A stretch of DNA of 64,000 bases from Gammaproteobacteria bacterium (GTDB lineage: Bacteria > Pseudomonadota > Gammaproteobacteria > Steroidobacterales > GCA-2729495): the NCBI GenBank assembly GCA_036010905.1, contig DASCMH010000007.1:24216-88215 (forward strand). Reading direction: 5' to 3'. This document shows positions 11,927 through 21,955 of the stretch, in pieces. The notes beneath the pieces were generated by a model. It was not told the DNA's origin. It was given only the letters and a program-made list of their open reading frames with translations, and searched no databases. The number at the start of each line of letters is the position of its first letter. Within the stretch, counting starts at the first letter, position 1. Position numbers and translations under genes: made by a program.

Positions 11927-12311
11927 AATCCGTCCCAATGAAAACAGCGGAGATTCCGCAGGTGCATATTGTGATTGAATTCACCGGTAAGGCAAGCAAC
12001 CACCGACAGAATTATTTATTCGGTTGAAAATCTTCCTGGCCGACATTTATTGTCCGGGTTGTTTGCCGGGGAAAGACCAGTCCCTCGACGGAGGTGGCCT
12101 GAGGATAAAATACAGACCCTGCACAGAGAACGGAAACAACCGCCCTGCGGGTTGCAAATGACCCGTGTTGATCCAATTTAGCCGATTAGTTAAGGTCCAG
12201 CGCCTGGCATAACGCCTGTTTGCGCGGATTCTGCGACATATTTCACACTACAGCCCGCCCGATGGGACATAATCCGATAGTCTGAATCAACTTTGTGGCC
12301 AAAAGATCCTG

Positions 12312-13982
12312 GTGGATATTGCACTCGCTAAACAGACCCTTCAAGGTCAGCTGACAACATTGCTGGCGGGATTTAGTCGACCGCTCGCGACCGAAACGTC
12401 ACAGCGTCTGCAGCGGCTCGTCGGCCTGTTTCGCGGTCTGGTCGGAATCGCTTTACTGGGTGGCGGACTCATTTTTGGAGATCCGCCGATACTCGGTGAG
12501 CGCTATCCGGACATTTTTATAACCACCGCCCTGATTTATACGCTGCTCGCCTGGACCGATCTGGCATACATGTATCGCAATCCGATGAACGGACTCACGT
12601 TTGTCCCGGTCCAGCTGTTTGCCGACATTACCGGCATCACTTTAATGATGCATGCAAGCGGCGGCATTTCGAGCGGTATCGGTGGACTGCTCGTCGTCTT
12701 CATCGGTGCAGCCAGCCTGACCCTGCGTAGCAGACATGCCTATTTTGGGGCCGCCATTGCGGCGCTGGCAATACTCGGTGAGCAGGCAGCCTCATTCGCA
12801 CTGGGATTGAGTACCGCCAACTCATTTATTCCGGCGGGGGTGCTCGGGGCAATTATTTTTGCGATTGCCTCGGCTGCCAACCCACTTGCCCGCCGCCTGC
12901 AGGAAAGTGAAGCGCTGGCACACCAGCGTGGTATCGATCTGGCCAATATGGCACAACTCAATGATTACATCATTCAACATCTGCGTGAAAGTATTGTCGT
13001 CGTCGACAGCGCGGAAAATATTCGTCTGATTAACCCATCGGCCGCCAAGCACCTTGGTGTGAACAGCCGTCAAACGGGACACGGCCTGGCCTCGGTATCC
13101 CCTGTACTGCACGGCATTCTGCTGGGTTGGCGCGCAGCAACAAAGGGACACGGCAAAGTACCCGGATCCTTCACATCAGCTGACGGTACGGCACAAATTG
13201 ACGTACACATAGCCCCGCTGATCGAACATCAGGACGGGCCGGTAATGATCTTCCTTGAAGACGCAAGTCTGATTGCAGAAAAGGTTCAGCAAACCAAACT
13301 TGCGGCACTGGGCCGGTTGAGCGCGAGTATCGCACACGAGATCCGCAACCCGGTCGGAGCGCTGAGCCATGCCGGTCAGTTGCTCGAAGAATCTCAGCAA
13401 ACCGGTGACTACGAACGGCGGCTGCTGGATATTATCGGCACCAATTCCAAGCGGGTCAGTAAAATTGTTGACAATGTCATGCAACTGTCACGACGCGAAC
13501 CTACCAATCCTCGCTCAATATCGCTAACCGAATGGATCGGGGAATTTACCACTGAGTTTATCTCGACCCTCGAATTACCCGATAATCGTTTTGAAGTCAT
13601 TGCTGAACATGAAATTGAAGTGCGGATGGATCCGGGACATCTGCACCAGATTTGCTGGAATCTGTGTGAAAATGCATTAAATTATGCTGAGCCGGTGGGA
13701 CATGAACAGATTATCACGATTAACTGTGGGCGCCTGTCGGGTAATCGGCGACCATTTCTTGAAATTGCAGACCGCGGCCCGGGTATCCCGGACGACCTGC
13801 GCGAACAACTGTTCGAACCATTCGCGACCGGACGCATTGGTGGCACCGGGCTGGGATTGTTTATCTCGCGCGAACTGTGCGAATGTAACCGTGCAACCCT
13901 GATATACGAGCGACGTAGCGGAGGGGGCAGTGTATTTCGGATTGTCTTCGCTGATCCAAAACGTTGGGGGACTATCTTATGA
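12312..13982 (+). CDS. pilS: sensor histidine kinase PilS (type IV pilin expression)
   Basis: 556 aa with a GTG start. Multi-TM N-terminal region, H-box SASIAHEIRNPV, and HATPase N/G boxes (...DRGPGIP...GGTGLGL). Directly upstream of pilR and pilA. Confidence 0.88.
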   Translation: MDIALAKQTLQGQLTTLLAGFSRPLATETSQRLQRLVGLFRGLVGIALLGGGLIFGDPPILGERYPDIFITTALIYTLLAWTDLAYMYRNPMNGLTFVPVQLFADITGITLMMHASGGISSGIGGLLVVFIGAASLTLRSRHAYFGAAIAALAILGEQAASFALGLSTANSFIPAGVLGAIIFAIASAANPLARRLQESEALAHQRGIDLANMAQLNDYIIQHLRESIVVVDSAENIRLINPSAAKHLGVNSRQTGHGLASVSPVLHGILLGWRAATKGHGKVPGSFTSADGTAQIDVHIAPLIEHQDGPVMIFLEDASLIAEKVQQTKLAALGRLSASIAHEIRNPVGALSHAGQLLEESQQTGDYERRLLDIIGTNSKRVSKIVDNVMQLSRREPTNPRSISLTEWIGEFTTEFISTLELPDNRFEVIAEHEIEVRMDPGHLHQICWNLCENALNYAEPVGHEQIITINCGRLSGNRRPFLEIADRGPGIPDDLREQLFEPFATGRIGGTGLGLFISRELCECNRATLIYERRSGGGSVFRIVFADPKRWGTIL

Positions 13983-14013
13983 CAGCAACCCTTGATATGA
14001 GTCGACTATTCGC

Positions 14014-15360
14014 ATGAAACGGCCACTGGCACTGGTGATAGATGATGAACCGGACCTGTGCGAACTGCTTGCACTGACACTTGACCGGATGCAAATCGAT
14101 ACCCAGACCTGTGGTGATATCGCGACTGCCAAAACCAGGCTCCGGGAAACAGAGTTTAACCTGTGCCTGACAGACATGCGTCTGCCTGACGGTGACGGAT
14201 TAGAGTTGGTCGAATGGATGCAGGTCAACGAAATTGGCATCCCGGTAGCCGTCATCACAGCCCATGGTAACGTAGAGACAGCAGTGCGCGCTCTGAAGCT
14301 TGGCGCATTTGACTTCATTTCCAAACCTCTTGATCTGACCGCCTTACGCAAACTTATCGGCAGTGCCCTGAAGCTGCAAAGTAGCAATGAAGAAGTCTGC
14401 GCCAAAACCGGTCTGCTCGGTGAATCATCAGTAATGACCGCTTTGCTGGCCCTGATCGATAAGGTTGCCCGCAGCCGGGCTCCCGTGCATATCACCGGAG
14501 AATCGGGTACCGGCAAGGAACTCGTTGCGCGCATGATTCACGACAAAAGTGCCCAGGCCGAGGGTCCGTTTGTGCCGGTAAACTGCGGCGCTATTCCATC
14601 GGAATTAATGGAGAGCGAGTTTTTCGGGCATCGTAAAGGCGCTTTTACCGGTGCCGTCAGCGACCATAAAGGGCTCTTTCAAAGTGCTGAAGGCGGTACC
14701 CTGTTCATGGATGAAATTGCTGACCTGCCGCTGGCCATGCAGGTCAAGTTGCTGCGTGTCATCCAGGAAAAATCCGTGCGCCCGGTCGGCGCAGCGAAAG
14801 AAATTCCGGTCGATGTCCGTATCCTGAGCGCCACCCATAAGGATTTACGTAGCCTGGTCTCATCCGGCCAGTTCCGCGAGGACCTGTTTTACCGCATCGA
14901 TGTCATCGAACTCACGGTACCACCACTCAGGGAGCGCGGCGAGGATATCGACATATTGACCGACTTTATGCTCGCCAAGCTGGCGCTGCAGCTTGGCGTT
15001 GCAGTACCTCAACTGACTGCGGATGCCCGGCAGAAACTCTCGGCATACCGCTACCCGGGCAATGTCCGCGAACTGGAGAATATTCTGGAACGTGCGGTAG
15101 CCTTGTCCGGTGACCAGCCGATTGCTGCTGCTGACATCGAGATCCGTGACTCGATGGACGCAGCCAGCATTGGCTCTGCCTCGATCACACCTGGGGCAGA
15201 CAAACCGGACGTGCTGGGCCAGCAACTGGAAACCGTTGAGCGAACGGCGATCATCGAAGCACTCGAGAAAACCCGGTATAACAAGACAGCCGCCGCAAAA
15301 AATCTGGGCCTGACCCTGCGGGCATTGCGTTATCGGATGCAGAAGCTCGGTATTGAATAG
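14014..15360 (+). CDS. pilR: sigma54-dependent response regulator PilR
   Basis: 448 aa. Receiver domain (LVIDDE...CLTDMRLPDGDG), AAA+ sigma54-activator domain (GESGTGKEL, GAFTGA) and a C-terminal Fis-type HTH. Followed by a sigma54 promoter and pilA. Confidence 0.92.
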   Translation: MKRPLALVIDDEPDLCELLALTLDRMQIDTQTCGDIATAKTRLRETEFNLCLTDMRLPDGDGLELVEWMQVNEIGIPVAVITAHGNVETAVRALKLGAFDFISKPLDLTALRKLIGSALKLQSSNEEVCAKTGLLGESSVMTALLALIDKVARSRAPVHITGESGTGKELVARMIHDKSAQAEGPFVPVNCGAIPSELMESEFFGHRKGAFTGAVSDHKGLFQSAEGGTLFMDEIADLPLAMQVKLLRVIQEKSVRPVGAAKEIPVDVRILSATHKDLRSLVSSGQFREDLFYRIDVIELTVPPLRERGEDIDILTDFMLAKLALQLGVAVPQLTADARQKLSAYRYPGNVRELENILERAVALSGDQPIAAADIEIRDSMDAASIGSASITPGADKPDVLGQQLETVERTAIIEALEKTRYNKTAAAKNLGLTLRALRYRMQKLGIE

Positions 15361-15500
15361 CAGTAAGAAGCCATAGCGCCATCTGGCTGACAAAAATTGT
15401 CGCATTCTGACCCTGAACGTCAGGAGCATGAAATAGCCTTACCCTTTATGTCACTTCAAACCGCCCCGGATTACGGTTGATGAATAATATTAAGCATATA

Positions 15501-15547
15501 TTTCAATAGCTTAAGATTTTTCAGGCCATTCTGGCACGCTCCTTGCA
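15501..15547 (+). promoter_or_regulatory. sigma54 (-24/-12) promoter of pilA with a candidate IHF site just upstream
   Basis: 15532-15547 reads TGGCACgctccTTGCA, an exact match to TGGCAC-N5-TTGCW, about 90 nt upstream of the pilA ATG. 15501-15513 reads tttcaatagctta, which matches the IHF consensus WATCAANNNNTTR at 8 of its 9 specified positions (12 of 13 counting the four N) in an AT-rich stretch. Confidence 0.85.
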
Positions 15548-15637
15548 ATATTAATCGTAGTTTCGGTGAAGCCAGGCGGACAGACCGCAGATCACCCACG
15601 TAGATTTTTTTCAATCAGAGAAGCTCAGGAGTATTTC

Positions 15638-16147
15638 ATGTACAAAGTTCAACAGGGTTTTACCCTTATCGAGCTGATGATCGTTGTTGCGATCATTGGT
15701 ATTCTCGCCGCCATCGCAATCCCGGCGTATCAGGATTACACCATCCGTGCCCAGGTTTCAGAAGGCATGATGTTGGCCGGAGCAGCTAAAGCTGCGGTTG
15801 CCGAATCTTTTGGCAATGATGGCACGGCTCCGGTAGCACGCGTTAACGCCGGTATGACAGCAAATGCAACCGATACCAGCGGTAACTACGTCGTTTCTGT
15901 CGGTATTGCCAATGGCACCATAACCATTACCTATGGCAACAGTGCCAACGCAACCATTGCTGGCGAAACGCTTAGCCTGACGCCTTATGAGTCAACCGAC
16001 CTGAGTGTCGTCTGGCGCTGTGGACTGGCCGCAGCACCGGCAGCGACCGCCCTGCTTGGAACTGCGGGTGGCGGTACTGCGGCTGCCTATGCCGCGCCAT
16101 CTGCCGGCATGCTGCCGAAGTACCTGCCTTCTGCTTGCCGTCTGTAA
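15638..16147 (+). CDS. pilA: type IVa major pilin PilA
   Basis: ATG at 15638 preceded by AGGAG. The product [34 protein letters not shown] has the class III prepilin leader and cleavage site with Glu5. C-terminal Cys pair (WRC...PSAC). The track ORF's 24 extra N-terminal codons are read-through. Confidence 0.95.
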   Translation: MYKVQQGFTLIELMIVVAIIGILAAIAIPAYQDYTIRAQVSEGMMLAGAAKAAVAESFGNDGTAPVARVNAGMTANATDTSGNYVVSVGIANGTITITYGNSANATIAGETLSLTPYESTDLSVVWRCGLAAAPAATALLGTAGGGTAAAYAAPSAGMLPKYLPSACRL

Positions 16148-16185
16148 TTGCAAGCGGCAACCACCACCACGGTGGCTAAAACTGC

Positions 16186-16215
16186 ACAGGGGACCTTCGG
16201 GTCCCCTGTCTTTAT
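16186..16215 (+). terminator. rho-independent terminator after pilA
   Basis: acaggggacc-ttcg-ggtcccctgt forms a perfect 10-bp GC-rich stem with a 4-nt loop, followed by ctttat. Confidence 0.8.
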
Positions 16216-16406
16216 GGCCGCCAACAGGGTACCGGCATGGTGCAAAGCTGATGATTGCGTCACTAAACCGTTACCCAATAAAAATTATTGCCTGAATTAC
16301 CTGTTTAGTCGGTTGCGCGGGATGCCCGTAATCAGTAAGACTATGTCACATATTCAGGTTCTATACGCCTGATTGATCGGGTGATTTTTTGGGGCGCAGC
16401 AAGTCC

Positions 16407-18128
16407 ATGGTCGTTAGTACAACATCTTCACCATTAACCGGGTTATCGCGACGTCTCGTGCAGGACGGAATCGTTGACGAGGAAGCCGTGATTGCGGCCG
16501 TCAAAGAGGCGCGCAAAATGGAAATGGGCCTGGTGCCCTACCTGGTAACTGAGACCAACGCAGACCCGCGCCGTATCGCGATAGCCGCATCGCATGAATT
16601 CGGCGTGCCACTGATGGATGTCGAGGTCCTCGAACTGGATCTTGATGCGGTCAAGGTCGTCGATCAGAAGTTGATCAGCAAACACCAGACGCTGCCACTT
16701 ATGCTGCGCGGCAAACGCATGTTCCTCGGTGTATCGGATCCGACCAATCTTGCCGCAATTGATGAAATTAAATTCCAGACCGGTTGCCGTATCGATCCGG
16801 TGGTCGTCGAACAGGATAAACTCCAGGCACTTGTCACCAAGGCTCTCGAAGCTGTTGACACGTCAATGTCTAGCTTTGCTGAAGACGACTTCGATCTTGA
16901 GAGCCTGGAAATATCCGGTGGCGATGAAGAACCGGAAGATGATGCCGGCGCCGATGACGTCGAAGATGCGCCGGTCGTACGTTTTGTCAACAAAATTCTG
17001 CTGGATGCTATCAAACACGGTGCATCCGATATTCATTTCGAGCCGTATGAAAAGATGTTCCGCGTCCGAACACGTCTTGATGGCGTGCTGACTCAGATCG
17101 CTTCACCGCCGATCGCGCTGGCCAACAAGGTTTGTGCGCGTCTGAAAGTCATGTCGCGCATGGACATCGCTGAGCGCCGTATACCACAGGACGGGCGCAT
17201 TAAGATGAAGTTGTCGAAGAACCGGGCAATTGATTTCCGGGTCAATACCTGTCCGACACTATTCGGCGAAAAAATTGTATTGCGTATTCTTGATCCGAGC
17301 AGTGCAAAACTCGGCATCGATGCTCTTGGCTATGAACCCGAGCAAAAAAAACTTTACATGGAAGCGCTGGCCAGACCACACGGCATGATCCTGGTAACCG
17401 GCCCGACCGGCAGCGGCAAGACCGTATCACTTTACACCGGACTAAACATCCTCAACACAGAAGACCGAAATATATCTACTGCCGAGGATCCGGCAGAAAT
17501 CAACCTCCCCGGCATCAACCAGGTCAACGTCAATGCAAAGATTGGCCTGACGTTCGCATCGTCCCTGCGTGCATTTCTGCGTCAGGATCCGGATGTCATC
17601 ATGGTGGGCGAAATTCGCGACCTGGAGACCGCTGAAATTGGCATTAAGGCCGCGCAGACCGGTCACCTTGTCTTGTCGACTCTGCATACAAATGATGCCC
17701 CGAGCACCCTGACCAGGCTCGTCGATATGGGCGTAAAAGGCTATGCCATCGCCAGTACGGTACAACTGATCATTGCCCAGCGCCTCGCACGCAAACTGTG
17801 CGAACACTGCAAGGAAATCCGCGACATCCCGAAAGAAGCCCTGTTACAGGAAGGTTTTAGCGCACAGGAGATCGATGCAGACCTGAAGATTTTTGGACCG
17901 GTCGGCTGCAAGCTATGTAATGAAGGTTACAAAGGTCGTGTCGGTGTATTCCAGGTAATGCCGATCTCAGAAACCATACAGCGAATCATAATGGAAGGCG
18001 GTAATGCAGTTCAGATTGCCGATCAGGCCCGACTCGAGGGAGTACCGGATTTGCACGAAACCGGATTAAAGAAAGTCAAGGCCGGGCTTACCGGTCTCGA
18101 AGAAATCAATCGGGTTACGATTGAATAG
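16407..18128 (+). CDS. pilB: type IV pilus assembly ATPase PilB
   Basis: About 573 aa from the ATG at 16407 (the track ORF starts at a TTG 6 codons earlier). GSPII N-domain, Walker A GPTGSGKT, Asp/His boxes, and a tetracysteine motif CEHC...CKLC. Confidence 0.95.
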   Translation: MVVSTTSSPLTGLSRRLVQDGIVDEEAVIAAVKEARKMEMGLVPYLVTETNADPRRIAIAASHEFGVPLMDVEVLELDLDAVKVVDQKLISKHQTLPLMLRGKRMFLGVSDPTNLAAIDEIKFQTGCRIDPVVVEQDKLQALVTKALEAVDTSMSSFAEDDFDLESLEISGGDEEPEDDAGADDVEDAPVVRFVNKILLDAIKHGASDIHFEPYEKMFRVRTRLDGVLTQIASPPIALANKVCARLKVMSRMDIAERRIPQDGRIKMKLSKNRAIDFRVNTCPTLFGEKIVLRILDPSSAKLGIDALGYEPEQKKLYMEALARPHGMILVTGPTGSGKTVSLYTGLNILNTEDRNISTAEDPAEINLPGINQVNVNAKIGLTFASSLRAFLRQDPDVIMVGEIRDLETAEIGIKAAQTGHLVLSTLHTNDAPSTLTRLVDMGVKGYAIASTVQLIIAQRLARKLCEHCKEIRDIPKEALLQEGFSAQEIDADLKIFGPVGCKLCNEGYKGRVGVFQVMPISETIQRIIMEGGNAVQIADQARLEGVPDLHETGLKKVKAGLTGLEEINRVTIE

Positions 18129-18168
18129 TTATTGTGTGTTTTTTCATTAATGTCTGGAAGCTAAAGAT

Positions 18169-19386
18169 ATGTCTCAATCTATAGCAATCGATCAGTCCCC
18201 CTTTAACTGGGAAGGCACTGACAGCGGCGGCAAACGCGTCAAGGGAAAAACAGTTGCTACCAGCGAAGCCGCCGTACGTGCAGAGCTACGCCGCAAGGGC
18301 ATCGTCCCACTGCGGGTACGCAAAGAAACCGTACTATTTCAAAAGAGAGGCAAGGTAACAACTGCTGATATCGCCATTTTCAGCCGCCAGCTTGCCACAA
18401 TGCTCAGTGCCGGCATTCCACTCGTACAGGCGTTTGAAATAGTTGGTGCCGGGCACGACAACCTGGCCATGCGCAAACTGATTTATTCAGTTAAACAGGA
18501 TGTCGAGGGCGGCAATGCACTGGCCGAAGCACTGGCAAAACACCCACTGCATTTTGACGATCTGTTCGTTAATCTTGTCGAAGCTGGCGAACAGGCTGGT
18601 GCACTTGAAACATTGCTCGATAAGATTGCAACTTACAAAGAAAAAACCGAGGCCATTAAAAAGAAAATCAAGAAGGCACTAACCTACCCGGCAGCTGTTA
18701 TCGTAGTCGCGTTAATCGTCACCACGATCCTGTTGATTTTTGTTATTCCTGAATTTGAGACTCTGTTTCAGGGTTTCGGCGCGGACTTGCCGGCCTTTAC
18801 CCGCATAATCATTAACCTGTCCGAGTTCGTGCGTGACCGGGGCTGGCTGCTGGTGATTCTCTCCTGCGGAGCCGTCGCCGGGTATCTGGCCATATACAAA
18901 CGTTCACGGCCATTACGCGAGTTACAGGACCGCGTCACGCTGAAACTGCCCATTATCGGCAACATCCTCGAAAAGGCTGCAATTGCACGCTACGCGCGCA
19001 CACTGTCAACGATGTTCGCTGCCGGTGTGCCGCTCGTCGAAGCGCTGGAGTCGGTCGCCGGTGCAACCGGCAATATCGTCTTTGAAATTGCCACCATGGC
19101 CATCAGGGATGAAGTATCCACCGGCCAGCGACTGCAGCGGGCGATGGAAAACACCAAGTTATTTCCAAATATGGTCATCCAGATGATCGCCGTTGGCGAG
19201 GAATCAGGCTCGCTTGATGATATGTCGAGCAAGGTTGCCGATTTCTACGAGGAAGATGTGGATAACGCGGTCGACAATATGAGTAGCCTGCTTGAACCAA
19301 TCATCATGTCGATTCTAGGTGTGCTGGTCGGCGGACTGGTTGTTGCGATGTATCTGCCCATTTTCAAGATGGGCGCGGTTATCTAG
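18169..19386 (+). CDS. pilC: type IV pilus inner-membrane platform protein PilC
   Basis: 405 aa. Two GspF/T2SSF repeats and a typical PilC C-terminus (LLEPIIMSILGVLVGGLVVAMYLPIF). Confidence 0.95.
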   Translation: MSQSIAIDQSPFNWEGTDSGGKRVKGKTVATSEAAVRAELRRKGIVPLRVRKETVLFQKRGKVTTADIAIFSRQLATMLSAGIPLVQAFEIVGAGHDNLAMRKLIYSVKQDVEGGNALAEALAKHPLHFDDLFVNLVEAGEQAGALETLLDKIATYKEKTEAIKKKIKKALTYPAAVIVVALIVTTILLIFVIPEFETLFQGFGADLPAFTRIIINLSEFVRDRGWLLVILSCGAVAGYLAIYKRSRPLRELQDRVTLKLPIIGNILEKAAIARYARTLSTMFAAGVPLVEALESVAGATGNIVFEIATMAIRDEVSTGQRLQRAMENTKLFPNMVIQMIAVGEESGSLDDMSSKVADFYEEDVDNAVDNMSSLLEPIIMSILGVLVGGLVVAMYLPIFKMGAVI

Positions 19387-19393
19387 CCGGCTG

Positions 19394-20353
19394 TTGCGCA
19401 CATCAATCAATTGTCTCGGCGAGACCAAGCCTATTTTCACAGAAATCTTCAATTCGAACCCGTTGGTATTCTGCACCGTTGCAGGACTGTTTGGCCTGCT
19501 GGTCGGCAGTTTTCTGAACGTCGTGATCTATCGCATACCGGCCATGATGGATCGTGAGGAACGGGACTGGCATCAGGCCTATAACGCGCGAAACGAGCAA
19601 CCGGATACAACACCGGAAGCGGCTGCAGAGAAGCCTTTCAACCTGCTCCAACCGGGCTCATCATGCCCAAAGTGTGGCGCGCCGGTCAAAGCACATCAAA
19701 ATATTCCGATCTTAAGCTACCTGTTTCTGCGCGGACGCTGCGCAAACTGTGGGGTCAAAATTGCGCTCCGTTACCCGGTCATCGAAGGGTTAACCGCGGC
19801 GGTATCGGTGCTTGTTGCCTGGCATTTCGGCTTCTCGGTGGCCTGCGGTGGAGCGCTGATCCTGTCCTGGACACTGATCGCGCTAACCTGCATCGATCTC
19901 GACCGTCAATGTTTACCCGACAGTATTACGCTGCCTTTGCTGTGGTTCGGACTCGGTTTCAGCCTGCTCACCGGAGCAGACGGCAGCGCCGTATTTGCGG
20001 ATCCACGTTCATCAATCATCGGTGCCCTGGCAGGATATTTGTCCCTGTGGAGCCTTTATCATGGCTTCAAGCAGGTCACCGGCAAGCAAGGCATGGGCTA
20101 CGGTGACTTCAAACTACTGGCTGCACTGGGCGCCTGGCTTGGCTGGCAGATGCTACTCATCATCGTCCTGTTGTCAGCCGTTGTCGGACTGGTAGCCGCG
20201 CTGGGCATGATCCTGTTTCGTGGCCATGACCGACAGAAACCTATCCCGTTCGGCCCCTATCTCGCTGTAGCCGGGTTTATCGCCCTGCTGTGGGGACCGG
20301 AGCTTCTGACCGCGTGGCTCGGTAGCGGTATTCAGGCCAGTCCACTACAGTAG
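19394..20353 (+). CDS. pilD: prepilin peptidase / N-methyltransferase PilD (start codon uncertain)
   Basis: LVGSFLNVVIYRIP, the Cys-rich segment CPKCGAPV...CANCG, and the A24 peptidase body with GMGYGDFKL. There is no ATG between the pilC stop and the conserved N-terminus. TTG at 19394 is my best guess; the track's GTG at 19319 would overlap pilC by 68 nt. Confidence 0.85.
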   Translation: MRTSINCLGETKPIFTEIFNSNPLVFCTVAGLFGLLVGSFLNVVIYRIPAMMDREERDWHQAYNARNEQPDTTPEAAAEKPFNLLQPGSSCPKCGAPVKAHQNIPILSYLFLRGRCANCGVKIALRYPVIEGLTAAVSVLVAWHFGFSVACGGALILSWTLIALTCIDLDRQCLPDSITLPLLWFGLGFSLLTGADGSAVFADPRSSIIGALAGYLSLWSLYHGFKQVTGKQGMGYGDFKLLAALGAWLGWQMLLIIVLLSAVVGLVAALGMILFRGHDRQKPIPFGPYLAVAGFIALLWGPELLTAWLGSGIQASPLQ

Positions 20354-20360
20354 ACCGGTC

Positions 20361-20984
20361 ATGGAACCGGCTAACAACAAGCCACGCAGCAATGAGTTGC
20401 GCATCGGGCTGACTGGCGGCATCGCCAGCGGTAAGAGCACTGTCGCTACGATGTTTGCCGAACACGGCGTGCCGATAATCGACACCGACGTCATCGCCCG
20501 GCAGGTCGTTGCACCCGGTCAACCGGGGCTCGCTGCCGTGACTGACAGATTCGGCACGGAACTGTTGAAGCCGGACGGATATCTTGACCGACATCAGTTG
20601 CGTAACCTTGTTTTTGCTGATGAGGGCCAGCGTCATGCTCTTGAAGCCATCCTGCATCCACTGATACGGGCCCGGGTCATCGAACTGGCCAGCCTGGCCG
20701 GTGGCCCCTACCAGTTACTGGTTATACCTTTACTGGTCGAAACCGGCTTTGACAGCCTCGTCGACCGGGTGCTGGTCGTTGACTGCCCGAAAAGCCTGCA
20801 ACGCACCCGCCTGCTGACACGTGACGCCGAAACACCGGAGCGCATCGAACTCATTCTTGCAGCGCAAATCGACCGGCACGAACGCCTTGCCGCCGCTGAT
20901 GAGATCATCGATAACGCTGGAACGCCTGAGCAAACCCGGGCACGTGTCGCTGCATTGCATGCACAGTATGTGCGATTGGCATAA
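20361..20984 (+). CDS. coaE: dephospho-CoA kinase
   Basis: 207 aa. P-loop IGLTGGIASGKST. Conserved pilD-coaE-zapD order. Confidence 0.92.
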   Translation: MEPANNKPRSNELRIGLTGGIASGKSTVATMFAEHGVPIIDTDVIARQVVAPGQPGLAAVTDRFGTELLKPDGYLDRHQLRNLVFADEGQRHALEAILHPLIRARVIELASLAGGPYQLLVIPLLVETGFDSLVDRVLVVDCPKSLQRTRLLTRDAETPERIELILAAQIDRHERLAAADEIIDNAGTPEQTRARVAALHAQYVRLA

Positions 20985-21107
20985 ACGGGATCATCTCACC
21001 GCTCAGAACGCTATCCACCGGTTTATTTGCGGCAACGCTCGCAGTAGCGCAAAATAACCCCCGAATGATGTCCCGAATCAACATCTGACCCAAGACTCGG
21101 AGACCTG

Positions 21108-21911
21108 ATGGCTCAACCTGCTGAACGCCTGCCAGAATCGATGTCAACCACCACAATGGTATGCTACGAGCACCCGTTGAGCGAACGAATGCGAACCTAC
21201 CTGCGGGTCGAGGCGCTTTATAAGGAACTGAGATTCAACCTTGAGCGTGAATCACAATGGGCCAGCCGCCGGGCCGTCACTAACCTGCTCGACATCGCCG
21301 CAATCACGGGTCGCGGTGACATGCGCAGCGATATGCTCAAGGAAGTCGAACGGCAGAGTAATGTTTTCAGCCAGTACCGGGGTACGCCGGACGTCAACGA
21401 ACAACGCGTCAGTGCAATCCTGAACAACCTGTGCAACCTGCGTAAGGGCCTGGTCAGCATGGGGCCACAGTACCTGCAAGAGTTGCGGGAAAATGAGTTT
21501 TTAAATGCCATCAAACATCGCAGCACGATTCCTGGCGGTACCTGCGAATTTGATCTGCCGGCGTTTAGCCACTGGCTCAGGCAGCCGTACACACGGCGTC
21601 GAGCGGACCTCTGTAACTGGGTTCGTAACCTGTTACCGCTGTGCGACAGCGTTGCAGAGTTGTTGTGGCTGTTCAGAAGCAGTTGTGATGCTCAACAGCA
21701 GGTAGCCGTTAACGGCGTGTTTCACCATGCACTCGAGCGCAGTGCAATGTCCGGCCTGGTGCGGATCACGCTACCGACCGGCACGGATTGTTTCCCTGAA
21801 ATCAGTGGCGGACGCCATCGCTTCAGTATTCGCTTCAAGAACTGGCCTGATTCCGCAACGCAATCCAAACAAATGATCTCGGACGTCACTTTCAACCTGA
21901 TGATCTGTTGA
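21108..21911 (+). CDS. zapD: cell division protein ZapD (YacF)
   Basis: YEHPLSERMRTYLRVEALYKEL matches the ZapD N-terminal signature (E. coli FEHPLNEKMRTWLRIE). The ATG at 21108 is preceded by GGAGA. Internal Mets at 21141 and 21156 lack an SD sequence. Confidence 0.85.
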   Translation: MAQPAERLPESMSTTTMVCYEHPLSERMRTYLRVEALYKELRFNLERESQWASRRAVTNLLDIAAITGRGDMRSDMLKEVERQSNVFSQYRGTPDVNEQRVSAILNNLCNLRKGLVSMGPQYLQELRENEFLNAIKHRSTIPGGTCEFDLPAFSHWLRQPYTRRRADLCNWVRNLLPLCDSVAELLWLFRSSCDAQQQVAVNGVFHHALERSAMSGLVRITLPTGTDCFPEISGGRHRFSIRFKNWPDSATQSKQMISDVTFNLMIC

Positions 21912-21955
21912 ACCAGATAACCTGAAAACTTCGGGGGCGGACAGGCTGTCGATAC

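Noticed and set aside
15566-15637. N-terminal extensions in the track ORFs for pilA (15566), lpxC (to 27858), mraY (to 39350), mraZ (to 45708), sucC (to 11938), lptA (57611), murC (to 34563) and the FmdB gene (to 2781).
   Set aside because: In each case an internal ATG reproduces the canonical family N-terminus, and usually has an SD sequence or an ATGA overlap with the upstream gene. The extensions run through promoters or upstream genes.
16148-16406. Possible accessory pilin-modification gene or tRNA between pilA and pilB, as seen in some Pseudomonas pilin islands.
   Set aside because: Only a 74-aa featureless ORF (16148-16372) overlaps the pilA terminator. No tRNA-like cloverleaf sequence is recognisable. 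The gap is best explained by the terminator plus the pilB promoter.
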